Shown: in pieces, positions 52,001 through 64,000 of the stretch
Numbering within the stretch: position 1 is the first letter of the stretch
Layout of the letters: each line of letters starts with the position of its first letter
Assembly: GCF_964194025.1 (NCBI RefSeq)
Contig: NC_134474.1
Coordinates: 40,548,001-40,612,000, forward strand
Reading direction: 5' to 3'
Origin: Convolutriloba macropyga
Lineage: Eukaryota
DNA length: 64,000 nt
Position numbers and translations under genes: made by a program
Notes under the pieces: generated by a model
Databases searched by the model: none
The model's input: the letters and a program-made list of their open reading frames with translations, nothing else
What the model was told of the DNA's origin: nothing

Positions 52001-55000
52001 ATGAGTATTAGAGGCTCAGGAATAGGAAAGACTACTGTTTTGCATTTTTGCACTCGGTCTTTTAATCGGATTTTATAGGTGAATCTGATGCTGTTTCGAT
52101 AATTAGTGTTATTCTTCGAAAATTATGCTGAAATATAATGTTTTTTTTTGAATTCCGAAGATGTACGGCGAAGGTTCAAAATTTCTATAGCTGGCTCAAA
52201 AAAGAACTAAGCGCCAGTTTTCTTTCCGTCAAAAATCAGTTTTCAGTAGGACCAATATACTGTTTTCATGGTAGGTCTAATGCTCGCCGAATTGTTTGAA
52301 ACTCTTAATTGAAAGCTTTTTTTAATGAGAATGGATTACTGAACTGGACTGAATGGATAAATTAAGTATTCTAAAGTAAAATAAACGTAGTTGTAGTCTT
52401 CGCATTTTTTTTAAGTTTCGACGGAGTTGAAGTGCACTACTCCAAAATAAGGGAAAAAAACAAGTCCACATAAGCATTGCGTGAGTGGAGACCGCTTTTG
52501 CAATGAACATTTGTTTACTTACGCACGAACAAATTGAACAGCGCTGCTTGGAGCTTGCAGACTGAATATTTTCACTCTGAAATTATTACTACCCGCTTCT
52601 TAAGCAAAGAAAGTATAATATCGTCATTTCGTCTTATTTTTGTTACGACCCACATTAGTGGGGGAACTATATACTCAACTGATCGATATATTCGCCGATC
52701 GATATATTCATCGTACAGGATTGTGAGCGGTATCATTAGAAAGCTTGTCAAGCCTAGAATTTTAAATTAAACACTTTTTGAATTTTCTGAGGATTTGCAG
52801 AGGCTTATAGATTTGTAAACTTTAGCCTAACTTCCGTTGCTTTGTTCACAATTTTCGTAAATTTTGATATAATATGATAAAATTGTTATCAATAGTAAGA
52901 TTTTTTGCGTTTAAAGATCGAAGAGAAATCGTGCACTTTTTTGGCAATATTTTTAGCTAAATTTTTGAAAATTCAGCACTTTTTTCCTTTTTTTTTCATA
53001 AAAATGGCATCAAATATGCCTACTTGGCCCACTTTCTCCAGTTTGACCGGTGAAACAAACATGAAAACCGCTGATACAATCTTTCTTTACTCAGATGTTG
53101 CCTGATTGTGCCTTCACTTCCTAACAAAAAGTCCTGGAAAAAATTTTTGCGTTTTTTCGGTAAAACAAACCGATATTTAAGAAAAGTGCAGAATTTTGGA
53201 TTGTATTTTGGATCCTTCTTTTTTGAAACATTTTAATTGCGATTTTTTCTTTCCAATCACTAGAAAGCATTTTTCTATTTAAAGCAACAATCAATAAGAG
53301 GTCCCATTACATTAAAACAAAGTCTACTGAACATACTAATAATTTCAGCAAAAACATGTTTTTTTCTTCAACGCCGTTCGCATAAAACTTCGCGAAATTT
53401 TGAGTTTTGCCTGAACTAATTGTTAATGTGCAGTCTGTTGATTTAGTCTCTAATGACGTATACAATTTTCTTAAGCAGTAATAACTTAAACCATTCAGAA
53501 GTTTTCAGTTGGAAACCTACGGTTGTTATGTCTTAAGATTTTGAAAGTTTGATTAAAAAATAATGTTTTTTTTTACATTTGCCAATTTCAATCTTATTTT
53601 TGCGTAGTCTCATTAAAGAGGGAGGTCATATTCCTTTTATGGTTTTGACATTTTACAATTTTTTAGGTCTCTTTAGCTATCTTGTCCCATAGTCGTATTA
53701 ATGGCACATTAATGAAACGTTGCATATCCTAATAATGGCTTGAAATAAGGCGCAATTGATTATCTTCAATAGTCTTAGTGATTAGATTTTGATCATATAG
53801 GCTCCGACTGTATTTGTTCTTTTTGGTCTTATGATATTCGTGATAATGAGAGGTCTCAATGGTTTTGCATGAAGGTATAAATTAAGCCATTGAATAATTT
53901 CAGTTGATAGCTAATTGATTTCATGAACTTGAATTTGTTTTGAAAAAGTGTAAACGTATTTTCTGAGTTTGGTCTTTTTTCTGTCTACTTGTTAATTATT
54001 CTCAAAAAAGACAATTCCCATATCTTTTCTGGTAAAATGCAAGTCATTTTATTTAGTTTACTTTTAATCTGATGCTATTTTGAGTTTTGGTTGTAAGTAA
54101 CGCTTGTTTTTATTTGATTTTGTTTTGTCTCTTGCTCTCCTTAATAGCAGTTATCATCAGCTCTCTGAGTTTATTGTGTCATTTGTGTATTCCATACAGC
54201 TTAAAGCGATTTTTTAAATGGATAAACCAATTATTCTTGAATAAGTGATTTTTGAAAGTTCTATCTATCTATCCCTCTTTTGGTGGACAATTAAGTCAAA
54301 AACGTGGTTGAGCAGGGTCGAAAGGTTATGTGCGGACGCACAGTACCGAGTCACCTTGTTGGAGCATAATTACCTCGGCGGGAAAATATTCTTCGTCCCC
54401 TTGTCCCTCTACATCTTGTGACTGACTCTGTTCACCCAGCAGCCCACTTGCTGGATCCTCCTCCCCCTCTAACTCCTGCTCGTCCACTATCTCATCGGGC
54501 ACTTCCTCTTCTTCAGAGCTATTCACTGAGAATGACAAACGAACTTGTACTCCAGCCTGAAAAGCTCGTTAATAAATAGAAATTCGGCCATCATTATTAC
54601 AAGTTTTCTTAACTTTTTTGTTTTTGTAGTTTCCCTATTAATATCCCTTTTCATTTAACAGCTGCACCTTTAATGAATTTTCCATCAGAACATTTGTCTT
54701 TAAACCTACATATTTGAACATAGATAAATATTGCGAGTGATGTTGATCTACGAGTTGAGCTTTCTAAACACTCATATTGCACAAATCTTATGTAAAATTA
54801 AACTGACGTTTTGGATAATGCATATCGCACATAATTAAACTGCTAGTAGTCAATTAAGATAAAACAAACTCTCAACTACAAGACTCGCTCTGAAATCGAT
54901 TAAGCCGATACAAAATCCTTTTCGCAACCTCAGCTACATACTGCGTTTGGGAGAAATTTATTTTTCTTACCTTATTAGCCGTTTTTTGGGTCATGATAAC

Positions 55001-55396
55001 TCTAGCTCCCAATTTCTGAATAGACCAATTTCCAGGAAACGATATCTCGTTGTCACCTTCAGCACCATTGCTAACATAATTCAGTTCTTCTTTTACAGCT
55101 TCCGATAACGAAAGCGGCTGGGAAAATTGCTCCTCGTATTCATTCCCATTACTTGCGCCCGATCTACTATTAGTCACGTTAGAACTGGAAAAATAGCGCG
55201 AGGGAACAGGGCTGAATGCTCTATTTACAGATAATTTATTCGCCCACAGAATATTGCAACTTTGCCTTTTGGCTGAAAATAAACCCGCATACTCAATTTT
55301 GAGCGTTCTGAAGGTACGTGAAACATTCAAATTGTAGTTTGCGGTTAATCTACACGTTTGGCGCATAGCAGACGAAGAAAACAGTTTCTTAAACAT
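49049..55396 (-). CDS. C1QBP: Mitochondrial acidic matrix protein p32 (C1QBP/MAM33 family); exons 55396-54971, 54556-54374, 49372-49049; 310 aa
   Basis: Basic S/R-rich presequence; LSEAVKEEL; VRLSFSVNSS followed by an acidic loop; ISIEIKK; YEVNFDVLS..QDAMFNYLQDLGLSEEF..YEQSLFIGTLNELKNF. Two phase-0 GT-AG introns keep the frame. Confidence 0.88.
52650..54290. mobile_element. Degenerate DNA-transposon-like remnant in C1QBP intron 2, related at its left end to 5614
   Basis: CCCACATTAGTGGGGGAACTATA..GATCGATATATTCATCGTA..GGTATCATTAGAAAG. The right boundary is a guess. Confidence 0.35.
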
Positions 55397-55503
55397 TTTG
55401 TAATACGTACTACTGGAGTGTTTCAAATTAACACAAACAATCTGAAAAGAAAACTGCTACTTAAACTCTTGAAATTTTACCTGATCAGCTACAATTTGCA
55501 AAA

Positions 55504-56130
55504 ATGAGCGATGAAACCCTTTCATTTCGAGCCCAATTAGAACTTTTAGTGACAAAAAACGAATGGAAATCCGTAATAACATTTCTACAATCATGCAGCC
55601 ATTCCAGTTTTTACAACCAATTTATTACCTGGGTTATTCCTGACCAATCAAGTTTAAGCCAGATATCGACATCATTAATATCACACGGAGTTACGGAAAT
55701 ATACAGTGTTGGGAGCGGTTGTGGACTTTTCGAGTGGATTTTGTCTCAATTTGAGCGTCGTTTCACAATAACTGGAATAGAAATTGATAAAATTTGGTGG
55801 AAAAGTAGCTATTCTATCGGTCCCTTTATCAAAACTCATTACGAACCCATGTACAATTCTACAAATATCAGCCAAAGAAATTTCGAAGAGACCGCTTTAA
55901 TGTTCTGTTACTTTAATAACAAAGATGCGTTTGAGAAATATTTAACCTGGTTTCCCGGGAATAATATAGTTATCATTGGACCCACGAAAGAATCAGGAAA
56001 GCATTGCTGTCCTTTGCCAGTGGGCGATCCTGTCATGGAAAACTACAAGACATGGACGCTGTTAAAAACTCTGGACATGGAATTTGGTCAGAATCAGATT
56101 GCATTATACTGTCGAACTCATGCGAACTAA
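55504..56130 (+). CDS. Uncharacterised class I SAM-dependent methyltransferase-like protein, 208 aa
   Basis: Clean ORF with aaaATG; motif-I-like IYSVGSGCGLFEW followed by a beta-strand ending in acidic residues (ITGIEID). Confidence 0.7.
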   Translation: MSDETLSFRAQLELLVTKNEWKSVITFLQSCSHSSFYNQFITWVIPDQSSLSQISTSLISHGVTEIYSVGSGCGLFEWILSQFERRFTITGIEIDKIWWKSSYSIGPFIKTHYEPMYNSTNISQRNFEETALMFCYFNNKDAFEKYLTWFPGNNIVIIGPTKESGKHCCPLPVGDPVMENYKTWTLLKTLDMEFGQNQIALYCRTHAN

Positions 56131-56574
56131 ATATTTTGTATAACCTATACGATTTGTGTAGAAATTCACAAGAAAATTTTAATTACCGTTTAAAATCTTT
56201 CATAAACAACGAGTAGAAATGTTTTAAAAGTGAACACTATTTACATAATATCAAATTTCAATGAAAAGGAATAAAGTTAATCAGTGGAGAAATGTTCAAG
56301 ACTTTGATAGATCAAATGAATAGTTATTTTTGAAAGAATCCGAAAGTACGATCTATATAAAGTTCAAGCAAACAGATATGTTGATAATTGTACAAAAGTT
56401 ATTGGAAACTTATGATATGAATTAGGTTGATTCCATGAGACGTTTTTTACATCAATTTCACCATCCGCTTTAAAACAAAGGGTGATAAATTTGTCTCCAC
56501 GAGTGAGCCAAAAATAGTATGCTAAACTAGCAGGGCTATAAACAATGACTCTTCAGCTCATAAAACAACAACAG

Positions 56575-57459
56575 TTAGAGATCAATCTCTGCCTTGTCGC
56601 TCTCGTTGCTTCTAACTTCATCGGGAAGCTGTCTGGGTCTCAAATTGCTCTGATAGTCAGGCTTAAAACGAGTGACTGCCGAGCTCGGAGGTGCCATTTC
56701 AACCTCAACGCCGCCCTGCGATTCGTCATCTTCATCATCAGAGTACTCTTTAATGAGGAGGAGGGATGCAATGAGCACAACCAATTGGAAGAAGTAAATC
56801 ACGCTTGATATACCTCCCACGACACTCATGTATCTCCAGATAAGATCCTTGGTTGCAGTTAAACATCCTTTATTGTAGTACAAATCAGGTTCCAACCGTC
56901 TAACACATCGCGACCGGAGACCTTCGTCTGAAGTGAAAGATTTACAACAAGAGGGAGGTATCAATACGGGATAATACTCTTGTTGCACGTAAGCGCTGAA
57001 ACTCCAATCTTCAGCTTTATGACTTCCACAGCATTTCCATCGTGTTTGGAAGTCATCCCACATTTGAGTAAGAAATGGGTACTGATCTTGACCGTACTTA
57101 TCCATGATTTTAAAAATCTGGTCACTAAACTTGTCCTCCCATCTCCTGCGCATTCCGAAGGGTGTAACCACAGCACTTATTTCAATAATAAGTAGAACAA
57201 TAACCAAGCCAACGAACATTTTCAACAAGGACGGACTTTCTGTCCAAGCTCCAATCAGACCAATGCATGCAACTGCGATAATTGCAATTGACAGACCACA
57301 CAAGAAAGCAGAAACAGCAGTCACCGTATCCGTATCCAGGATTAACATAATTGAGGAAGGATAAGACATTATGTAGATTGTAGATATGAACATTCCTAAA
57401 CCGCCGAGCAGAATTAGGATATGAACCACAATTGAGCCGATCTTTAATGTTTCAGCCAT
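56575..57459 (-). CDS. Tetraspanin, intronless (an in-frame upstream ATG exists at 57570)
   Basis: Four TM segments; CIGLIGAWTES; EC2 with CCG, PPSCC and GC. Confidence 0.93.
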   Translation of the reverse strand: MAETLKIGSIVVHILILLGGLGMFISTIYIMSYPSSIMLILDTDTVTAVSAFLCGLSIAIIAVACIGLIGAWTESPSLLKMFVGLVIVLLIIEISAVVTPFGMRRRWEDKFSDQIFKIMDKYGQDQYPFLTQMWDDFQTRWKCCGSHKAEDWSFSAYVQQEYYPVLIPPSCCKSFTSDEGLRSRCVRRLEPDLYYNKGCLTATKDLIWRYMSVVGGISSVIYFFQLVVLIASLLLIKEYSDDEDDESQGGVEVEMAPPSSAVTRFKPDYQSNLRPRQLPDEVRSNESDKAEIDL

Positions 57460-58172
57460 TCGTTTCTGAAAAAGGGCTTCAATTACAAAAAGCAGGCCAA
57501 CAAAGTTCCTCAGATCGTCACGTGATCTCAAAGATCTTGCAAAAGAAAAGTGTAGTGAAAATGCGGCCATTCAGTAGTGTAGCCATGTTACCCTGATAAA
57601 AAGAAAATATAAATATTGCCGTCTTAGGACGGACGCATTGCTCTTATACAATTGGCGAGGGTTCACTTTAGTAGCAGCTCCATGAAATTCACTCCACGAA
57701 ATTCTGCTTAAAGATCAAGGACTGCAACCTGAGTTTATCTCGTTACTGAGGGCAAAAAATTAACTCGATCAGAAAAAAACGATCGAGCTGAAAGTTACTT
57801 CCATATAAAACAACTAATCGCTGACATATAGAACGTGTTTCTACAAAAGTTGTGTTTTGAGGAATTTCGGATCAACTGCTGTTTTCTTTGTTTTAAATGA
57901 ATCGACTGAAAGTTCGAGGAATAAAATTGAGTTCTCGAAAAATGATAATACTTAAGGAAAATATCTATTGTTTCATGCCCCTCCACCCCTAAGGCATATA
58001 ACTATTACGTCTGCAGGCGCTATAATATCCATGCACTTTATGCTGATACGGTTTTGGTGGTTGGGGTTTTCTCAAGCACTTTACTTCTCGGGTGTATGCG
58101 CACTAGGAATATTCAGCAAAAGTTACAGTTAAATGAAATTAAATTTTAGAAATAAAAATTTGTAAGAAGAGT

Positions 58173-58613
58173 TGTTACAAGGGTGAATATGAAGGAATTT
58201 TATTGCTTAAGACAAAGGCAGCTGAATTTATGAGTTCAGATATTGAATTATGGTTGCTGTGGTCATATCAATGGTTAATTTATCTTGAAATATTTTGTTT
58301 CATTTTTCTCTAATCGGTTTGGGATTTTCTCATGGTTATTCTTACCCGCATGGGTCCCTGTTACTTAAACTAACAGATAACAAGTTTAACTGCGAATCCC
58401 GTCAAGTACAAATATTCCTTGACGTATCCCGTCAAGGTCAAAATCGGCGATGATTCCCATCATATTGGGATGCCTCTCCTTTAGTCTGTTAAAATCCAGT
58501 TTACTCTTGATTACAATCTTTTTCTGTTGCTAAAATTTGTGAATTTTTTGAACGGTGTTTGTATTGTATAATTTACAAGTTTGTCATGCGTTCTCTTCTT
58601 AGGGGTTACTACA
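58173..58613 (-). repeat. 3' LTR of element 2 (441 bp, TG...CA)
   Basis: Starts TGTAGTAACC directly after the PPT AGAGGGAGGAGG (58614-58625) and ends AATAAA...CCCTTGTAACA. Confidence 0.72.
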
Positions 58614-58667
58614 CCTCCTCCCTCTTAAATCCCATGACTGTTCAACTCACTCAGAAGCTTTTTTTTA

Positions 58668-59342
58668 TTATGATTCCTCCCGACCACCCTTGTCCGGACG
58701 ACACAGCAAAGATAATGTTTTGAAGTAATCCAGAATTGTGAGGGTTGTTGCCCCCTGAAGCAGGAACAGAAGGTCATATAGCTTTAGAGGACGACTTAAA
58801 GGTCTTTGTGCATTTATTGCTTCCAGCCTCCTCTGGATTACTTTTCTTGACGTCTGTTCCATTTTCACCCTACTTCCAAGTTTGTTGATACCCTCCTCAG
58901 CATTCTCCAGCTCTCGAGCTAAACACTGCCGCTCATCTACTAGAGCGACACATTCCCTTGTGTTACCTTCTGCTGGGCTTCTAGCATCTTCTAACTATCT
59001 GTTCAACATTTCAACCTGCCTCATGCAGGACTCCCGCTGATTCTCAGTTTTTACAAGTAACCTTTTTGTCTCTAAGAGTTGCTTATTAAATCTTTGATCT
59101 TCTAGCTTTAACTGCCGAAGCTCCTCTTCGAGCCGAGCCCCAGCAGATCCCTGCATTTTGCTCTCGTTTATTTTTCTTTGCTGATTTTCAATTTTCACTT
59201 GCAGCTCATTCAGCTGCCTCATAATGATTGGAGCTCCGTCCACAATATTGGGCGGCTGAAGCTGCGTCAAGGTTACTACATATTTTTTATTGGACGTCAC
59301 TCTGACAATCCGATAAACCTGGTGCCTGACGATGGACTCCAT
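58668..59342 (-). pseudogene. Accessory ORF: coiled coil + C-terminal DnaJ/J-domain
   Basis: ORFs 58995-59342 and 58668-58868 share a frame and are split by one TAG. The end reads LYDLLFL..GAT..TI..YFKTLSLLCRPDKGGREE. Confidence 0.68.
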
Positions 59343-59559
59343 TCATTTCGTAGAGTTCGGTTATATAATAACAGTCGCCAATCTTTGGTTCTGTCATTCG
59401 TAATTATTACGAAATAAAAAAAGTCCAATGTATCAATTTCAAATTCGGTTACTTCGGGGACAGATTTAGCTTTTTTTGCTTTAACAACAACAATATTTGT
59501 GTCACCAATCCACAGTTCACTTGTGGACCTTTTCTTCTCAAATTCTGTTCCCTCGAATG

Positions 59560-61400
59560 TTAATTGGGATGATGAAAATAACATCGTTCCACCATTGGAT
59601 AAACGGGTTGCAGTGCAAGTACATGATTGGAGCCACAGCGTAGCATATCGCTTGACAGGAACACACGCATGACACAAATAATGACTTTTAAGCCGCTTAG
59701 AATAGTAGTCAAACTTATGGTGACTTCCCTGGACACAAGCCAGATTTGTTTCATTTTACTACAAAAGTAAATTAAAATTAAGAGTTCGTGCCACTAGTGC
59801 CCGTATCTGGAGTCCATGTTAAGATATTCTAAGGTTTCATGTTCATATAAGCCCCATTGTCCCAGTGAAACCTCTCTTCCAGTTATTGTTTTACTCGAGT
59901 GTCTTAACTTTTGGGCTGTCTTACTAAGTTCAAGGTCATCATCATTGAACAGCCCTTCCATTGGTGCGAAACTAGATCAATTGACGTTAACTCTGTGATT
60001 GGGCATTTATTCGGTCTTATCAATCAGATCTAGTCGTTGGCCATATGTTATCCATGACCCGTTCTGCAACTCAATCGCGTTCGGGTGCAAAGAGTTGCAA
60101 TTCGTTATTTCAAAATTTCTATACAACACTTTGGAAATAGGATCCATGTATCCTATCCGTTCTGAACTGTTGTCAGAAGACACCCTAACTGGCACTTCCT
60201 CGGTACAAAAAGTGTTTTCTATGACACGTAGAACAATTTGAGCGCACTTATGGACATAATATAATACACCAGCTCTTTCGGCGTGCAATTTGAGGGCTTT
60301 TGTTTATTTAAAAGGACTTGGTGCAAAATTCCATTTATTAGTGTAGCTAAAATCATAGCTCTCCGCAGTTATTCTACTTGAAAATTTAATAGCTCTATTT
60401 TTTCAAATTTTCGAACATAGCTCGACAATCCCACACAAAGAGTTGAAATAGCTTTGTGTCCCTGAGATTTTTCTCAGAAATATCTGCTGGTGAAAAATTA
60501 CGTTCCTTGATCCTAAAAAGTTCTTTTGTGTAATATAAGTATCTGTGGCATGTTTCAAAAAGTTAAAAATTGTCTACCTGTTTGGTCATTTTTTACCTGA
60601 ACTACTAAATTTCTTTTTCCGTCTAACTTGCTGGTTAAATACTTATTTTTCCAGCGTTGACTATTTTTGCTATTCGCGAGTTAAAAAATTTAACTATTTT
60701 AGACTTATTTGGTTTTGTATCTTGGTCATAAATACTTTGTACTGAATCTAATTCAAATGTATCTCCTCTATAATTGCTCGCTCTTGTTTCAGGGGTATTT
60801 ATATTATAAACAAGTTCCTTCAGTTTTGTCCCTAGTTTGAATGAGCAAGGTTCCGGTGAAAATTTCAGCATTTATTATGATGTTATTTGTTTCTTTTCAA
60901 CTTTTGGATTGATCTAGTCCACGGATTAGACATAGTTTATTTCTTCCTCAGGTCCACATTTCTTGAATGTTTTGGCAATTCTGAGCAAACTCTTAGTCGC
61001 TTTCGCCACCAACCATCCCATTAAGTGTTTTTGGGGAACTGAATTCAAAGGGGCACTGAATTCAAGGTCACCGAGTCTCGACAACAACAGTTTGTGTCCC
61101 TGCTAAAAATTTTGGCAGACTGAATCCTTTAAAAGGTGATACGTTTGATTTATTTGTATTTTCTCGTTGAGGTATGTTGCATCTTCATATCAAACAATTT
61201 TTTCAGCGCAGTAACTGTATATGCGGCTCTGTACATGCAGTAATTTAACTTAATCTTGCTGTTCTCAGATTAGATGAGTCCTCCTTGTTTTTTGGTTTAC
61301 CTGCTCCACGTTGATACTTGAAATTTCGATTTTTGGTCCGTTCAGACATGGCAAATTTTTGCGTCTGCAAAATAATCTCAATTTTTTTCCTTGAAAAGTT
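59560..61400 (-). pseudogene. env: env: class III (herpes gB/chuvirus G-like) glycoprotein remnant
   Basis: AERAGVLYYVHKCAQIVL..FCTEEVPV..GYMDPISKVL..NCNSLHPN..NGSW; then EGLFNDDDLE (~59935-59960); then hydrophobic C-terminal segments. Confidence 0.62.
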
Positions 61401-61949
61401 CTCTTGAAAACAAAATAATCTTTCAATTTTTGTGGTCTGGTTATTCGCGATGCACTTCTTGTTTGATATCGTCGTTAAGTAACATTCTGCGAAGTCGAAG
61501 CCGTGCTTCTATTTGAAAATTCTTTGCCTTCACTTGTTTCGATTGTTTCCACCAGGCTATCCCAGTTCTGTTGTTTGTCTTCTTTGCGCGCAGGTGCATC
61601 TTTGTGCTTCTGCTCTTAATTGTGTTAGTAGTTGTGAATTCTCTTAGACTCCCACCCATTGGTGTTTCAAAAATTTCTTCTGAGCAATCTCATTGTGAAT
61701 TTCAGTACTAGGGATAATTTGACGATTGTTCCCTTCAGGAATAACTTCTCTTCTTTCTGTGTCATTTAATTTCGGAGTGACTACTTTAATTTCTACAAAA
61801 TCGTGGTCCTACGTAAGGTCGTTTTGTGGTATTAGCTTGTTGCCTTGTTAGTTTCTTTTTTATCAGTGATAGAACTTCTATTGTTAAAACGCTTGAGTCA
61901 ATCGTGGATTTTTTTACTCGTTGTTTGTTGTCTACTGTAAAAGAATTTT

Positions 61950-63022
61950 AATTTCGTTGCTTGAACAGTTTTTATGGTGGGTTGAACGCCCTTAATAAAT
62001 CACCCATTTCATATTGTGGTCCATGTTTGCTACGTTCATTGAAGATTTCTGGTTTTCCTTTCTCCAAGTTCATACTTTACCGTACGAGTTCATGGAACGA
62101 TTGTAGTTCGTCTTTCAATTAACCAATACAGTCACTCAAGTTTATGTAGGTTTTGGTTTATATTGTTTGATACAAGCAATCAATTGGCAGAGCGCATAAT
62201 CGTCCGAAAAGGAGATAAAAAAGGGCTGTACTTGGTTACAGAGTGAACTAATAATCATCATTACTAGCGGAAGGTAATCGCTCCAGGTGTTGTGATGATT
62301 ACCCACATATTTTCCAAGACTATCTTCCATTGTGCGATTAGTACGCTCAATCATTGCGTTTCCTTGACGATTATAAGCTGTTGTTGATGTGCTGTTAATT
62401 GCGAGCTTTTTACACATGTTCTTGAAAAGATTCGACATAAAGTTACTGCCCTTGTCACAATGGAGATTTGCCGGAAAACCAACCCTTGAGACCCATTTGT
62501 TTACGAAGGCCTTAGGTACCATTGAAGCGTCTTGGTTGCTCTATGAGAATTGCTTCATACCATTTTGCAAATCGATCTCCAATTGACAGAATGTATTTCT
62601 TTCAACTTGACTCGGGTAAAGGTCCCATTATGTCCAAGGCAACTTGCCAAAAAGGGGCGAGATGGTTTCTAAGTTGTCAGGTTGTGTATGTGTCTGGTGT
62701 GGCGACCTTATTTGACGGCATATCTCGCAAGCTCGTACAATTTCCTGAACATCCGTTCTCATCTTGGGACCGTGGAATCGTTCTCGAACCCGATCAAATG
62801 TCATAGCCATACCAAAATGTCCACAATTTTCATGAATGAAAATTAGAATTTTATTGAAAGTGATCATTGATTAGCTATTTGCGTAAAGTTGTTAGATTCG
62901 TCAATACGATTGTTTCTCTTACCTAACTCAATTTTTATTCATAAGCTTCTGAAATCAGTTCGAGGTTTCCATAATGCCCATGAGGCTCCCGCCATGCTTT
63001 TCCTTTGAGGGCGTTTCCCGCT
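61950..63022 (-). pseudogene. pol: Gypsy integrase remnant of element 2
   Basis: HHCC zinc finger and DDE core in ORFs 62628-62867 and 62142-62522. Confidence 0.88.
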
Positions 63023-64000
63023 AACAATAACCAAGCCAACGAACATTTTCAACAAGGACGGACTTTCTGTCCAAGCTCCAATCAGACCAATGCATGCAAC
63101 TGCGATAATTGCAATTGACAGACCACACAAGAAAGCAGAAACAGCAGTCACCGTATCCGTATCCAGGATTAACATAATTGAGGAAGGATAAGACATTATG
63201 TAGATTGTAGATATGAACATTCCTAAACCGCCGAGCAGAATTAGGATATGAACCACAATTGAGCCGATCTTTAATGTTTCAGCCATTCGTTTCTGAAAAA
63301 GGGCTTCAATTACAAAAAGCAGGCCAACAAAGTTCCTCAGATCGTCACGTGATCTCAAAGATCTTGCAAAAGAAAAGTGTAGTGAAAATGCGGCCATTCA
63401 GTAGTGTAGCCATGTTACCCTGATAAAAAGAAAATATAAATATTGCCGTCTTAGGACGGACGCATTGCTCTTATACAATTGGCGAGGGTTCACTTTAGTA
63501 GCAGCTCCATGAAATTCACTCCACGAAATTCTGCTTAAAGATCAAGGACTGCAACCTGAGTTTATCTCGTTACTGAGGGCAAAAAATTAACTCGATCAGA
63601 AAAAAACGATCGAGCTGAAAGTTACTTCCATATAAAACAACTAATCGCTGACATATAGAACGTGTTTCTACAAAAGTTGTGTTTTGAGGAATTTGTGATC
63701 AACTGCTGTTTTCTTTGTTTTAAATGAATCGACTGAAAGTTCGAGGAATAAAATTGAGTTCTCGAAAAATGATACTACTTAAGGAAAATATCTATTGTTT
63801 CATGCCCCTCCACCCCTAAGGCATATAACTATTACGTCTGCAGGCGCTATAATATCCATGCACTTTATGCTGATACGGTTTTGGTGGTTGGGGTTTTCTC
63901 AAGCACTTTACTTCTCGGGTGTAAGCTGAAGAAAAAAATTCAAAATTGCGCACTAGGAATATTCAGCAAAAGTTACAGTTAAATGAAATTAAATTTTAGA
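63023..64000 (-). pseudogene. Near-identical duplicate of 57196-58150: tetraspanin upstream region and 5' half, truncated in TM3
   Basis: Colinear match from AACAATAACCAAGCC onward, with a few SNPs and one 23-bp indel (~63924-63946). Confidence 0.95.

Larger units (their letters stand above)
58173..63022 (-). mobile_element. Env-bearing Ty3/Gypsy LTR retrotransposon (element 2), 3' portion
   Basis: Integrase HENCGHFG..CEIC and LHCDKGSNF..QGNAMIERTNRT; then glycoprotein fragments, an accessory ORF, a PPT and an LTR. Confidence 0.85.

Noticed and set aside
57460-57570. 37-aa N-terminal extension of the tetraspanin
   Set aside because: Tetraspanins usually have short N-tails and MAETLK precedes TM1 directly; the upstream ATG is not excluded.

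Overview
AT-rich eukaryotic (invertebrate-like) genomic DNA with GT-AG introns. There are five host genes: a 3-exon BCH/CRAL-TRIO (BNIP2/caytaxin/PRUNE2-family) gene, the 3-exon mitochondrial GTPase MTG1, a 3-exon C1QBP/MAM33, an intronless SAM-methyltransferase-like ORF head-to-head with C1QBP, and an intronless tetraspanin with a truncated duplicate. The rest is mostly transposon-derived. The standout is two decayed env-bearing Ty3/Gypsy (retrovirus-like) elements carrying different fusogens and unusual cargo. Element 1 (~14.96-23.47 kb) fills MTG1 intron 2. It has RT-thumb/RNase H/integrase, then a TARG1/OARD1-type macrodomain, then ~172-bp tandem repeats, then an ANTISENSE spliced JmjC dioxygenase gene (266 aa, no stops, H-x-D...H triad intact), then a splice-acceptor-led class I (F-like) env with an RVRR furin site, a PPT and an LTR. 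Element 2 (58.17-63.02 kb) has integrase, a gB/chuvirus-like class III env, a coiled-coil + J-domain (RPDKGG) ORF, a PPT and a 441-bp LTR; it is fused at a duplication breakpoint to the tetraspanin 5' half. Also present: a CR1/L2-group LINE with a (TC)n tail, LINE remnants, a MITE, tRNA-like Pol III heads, large palindromes/nested inverted duplications, and two N gaps. All family calls come from motif recognition by eye; no database searches were run.
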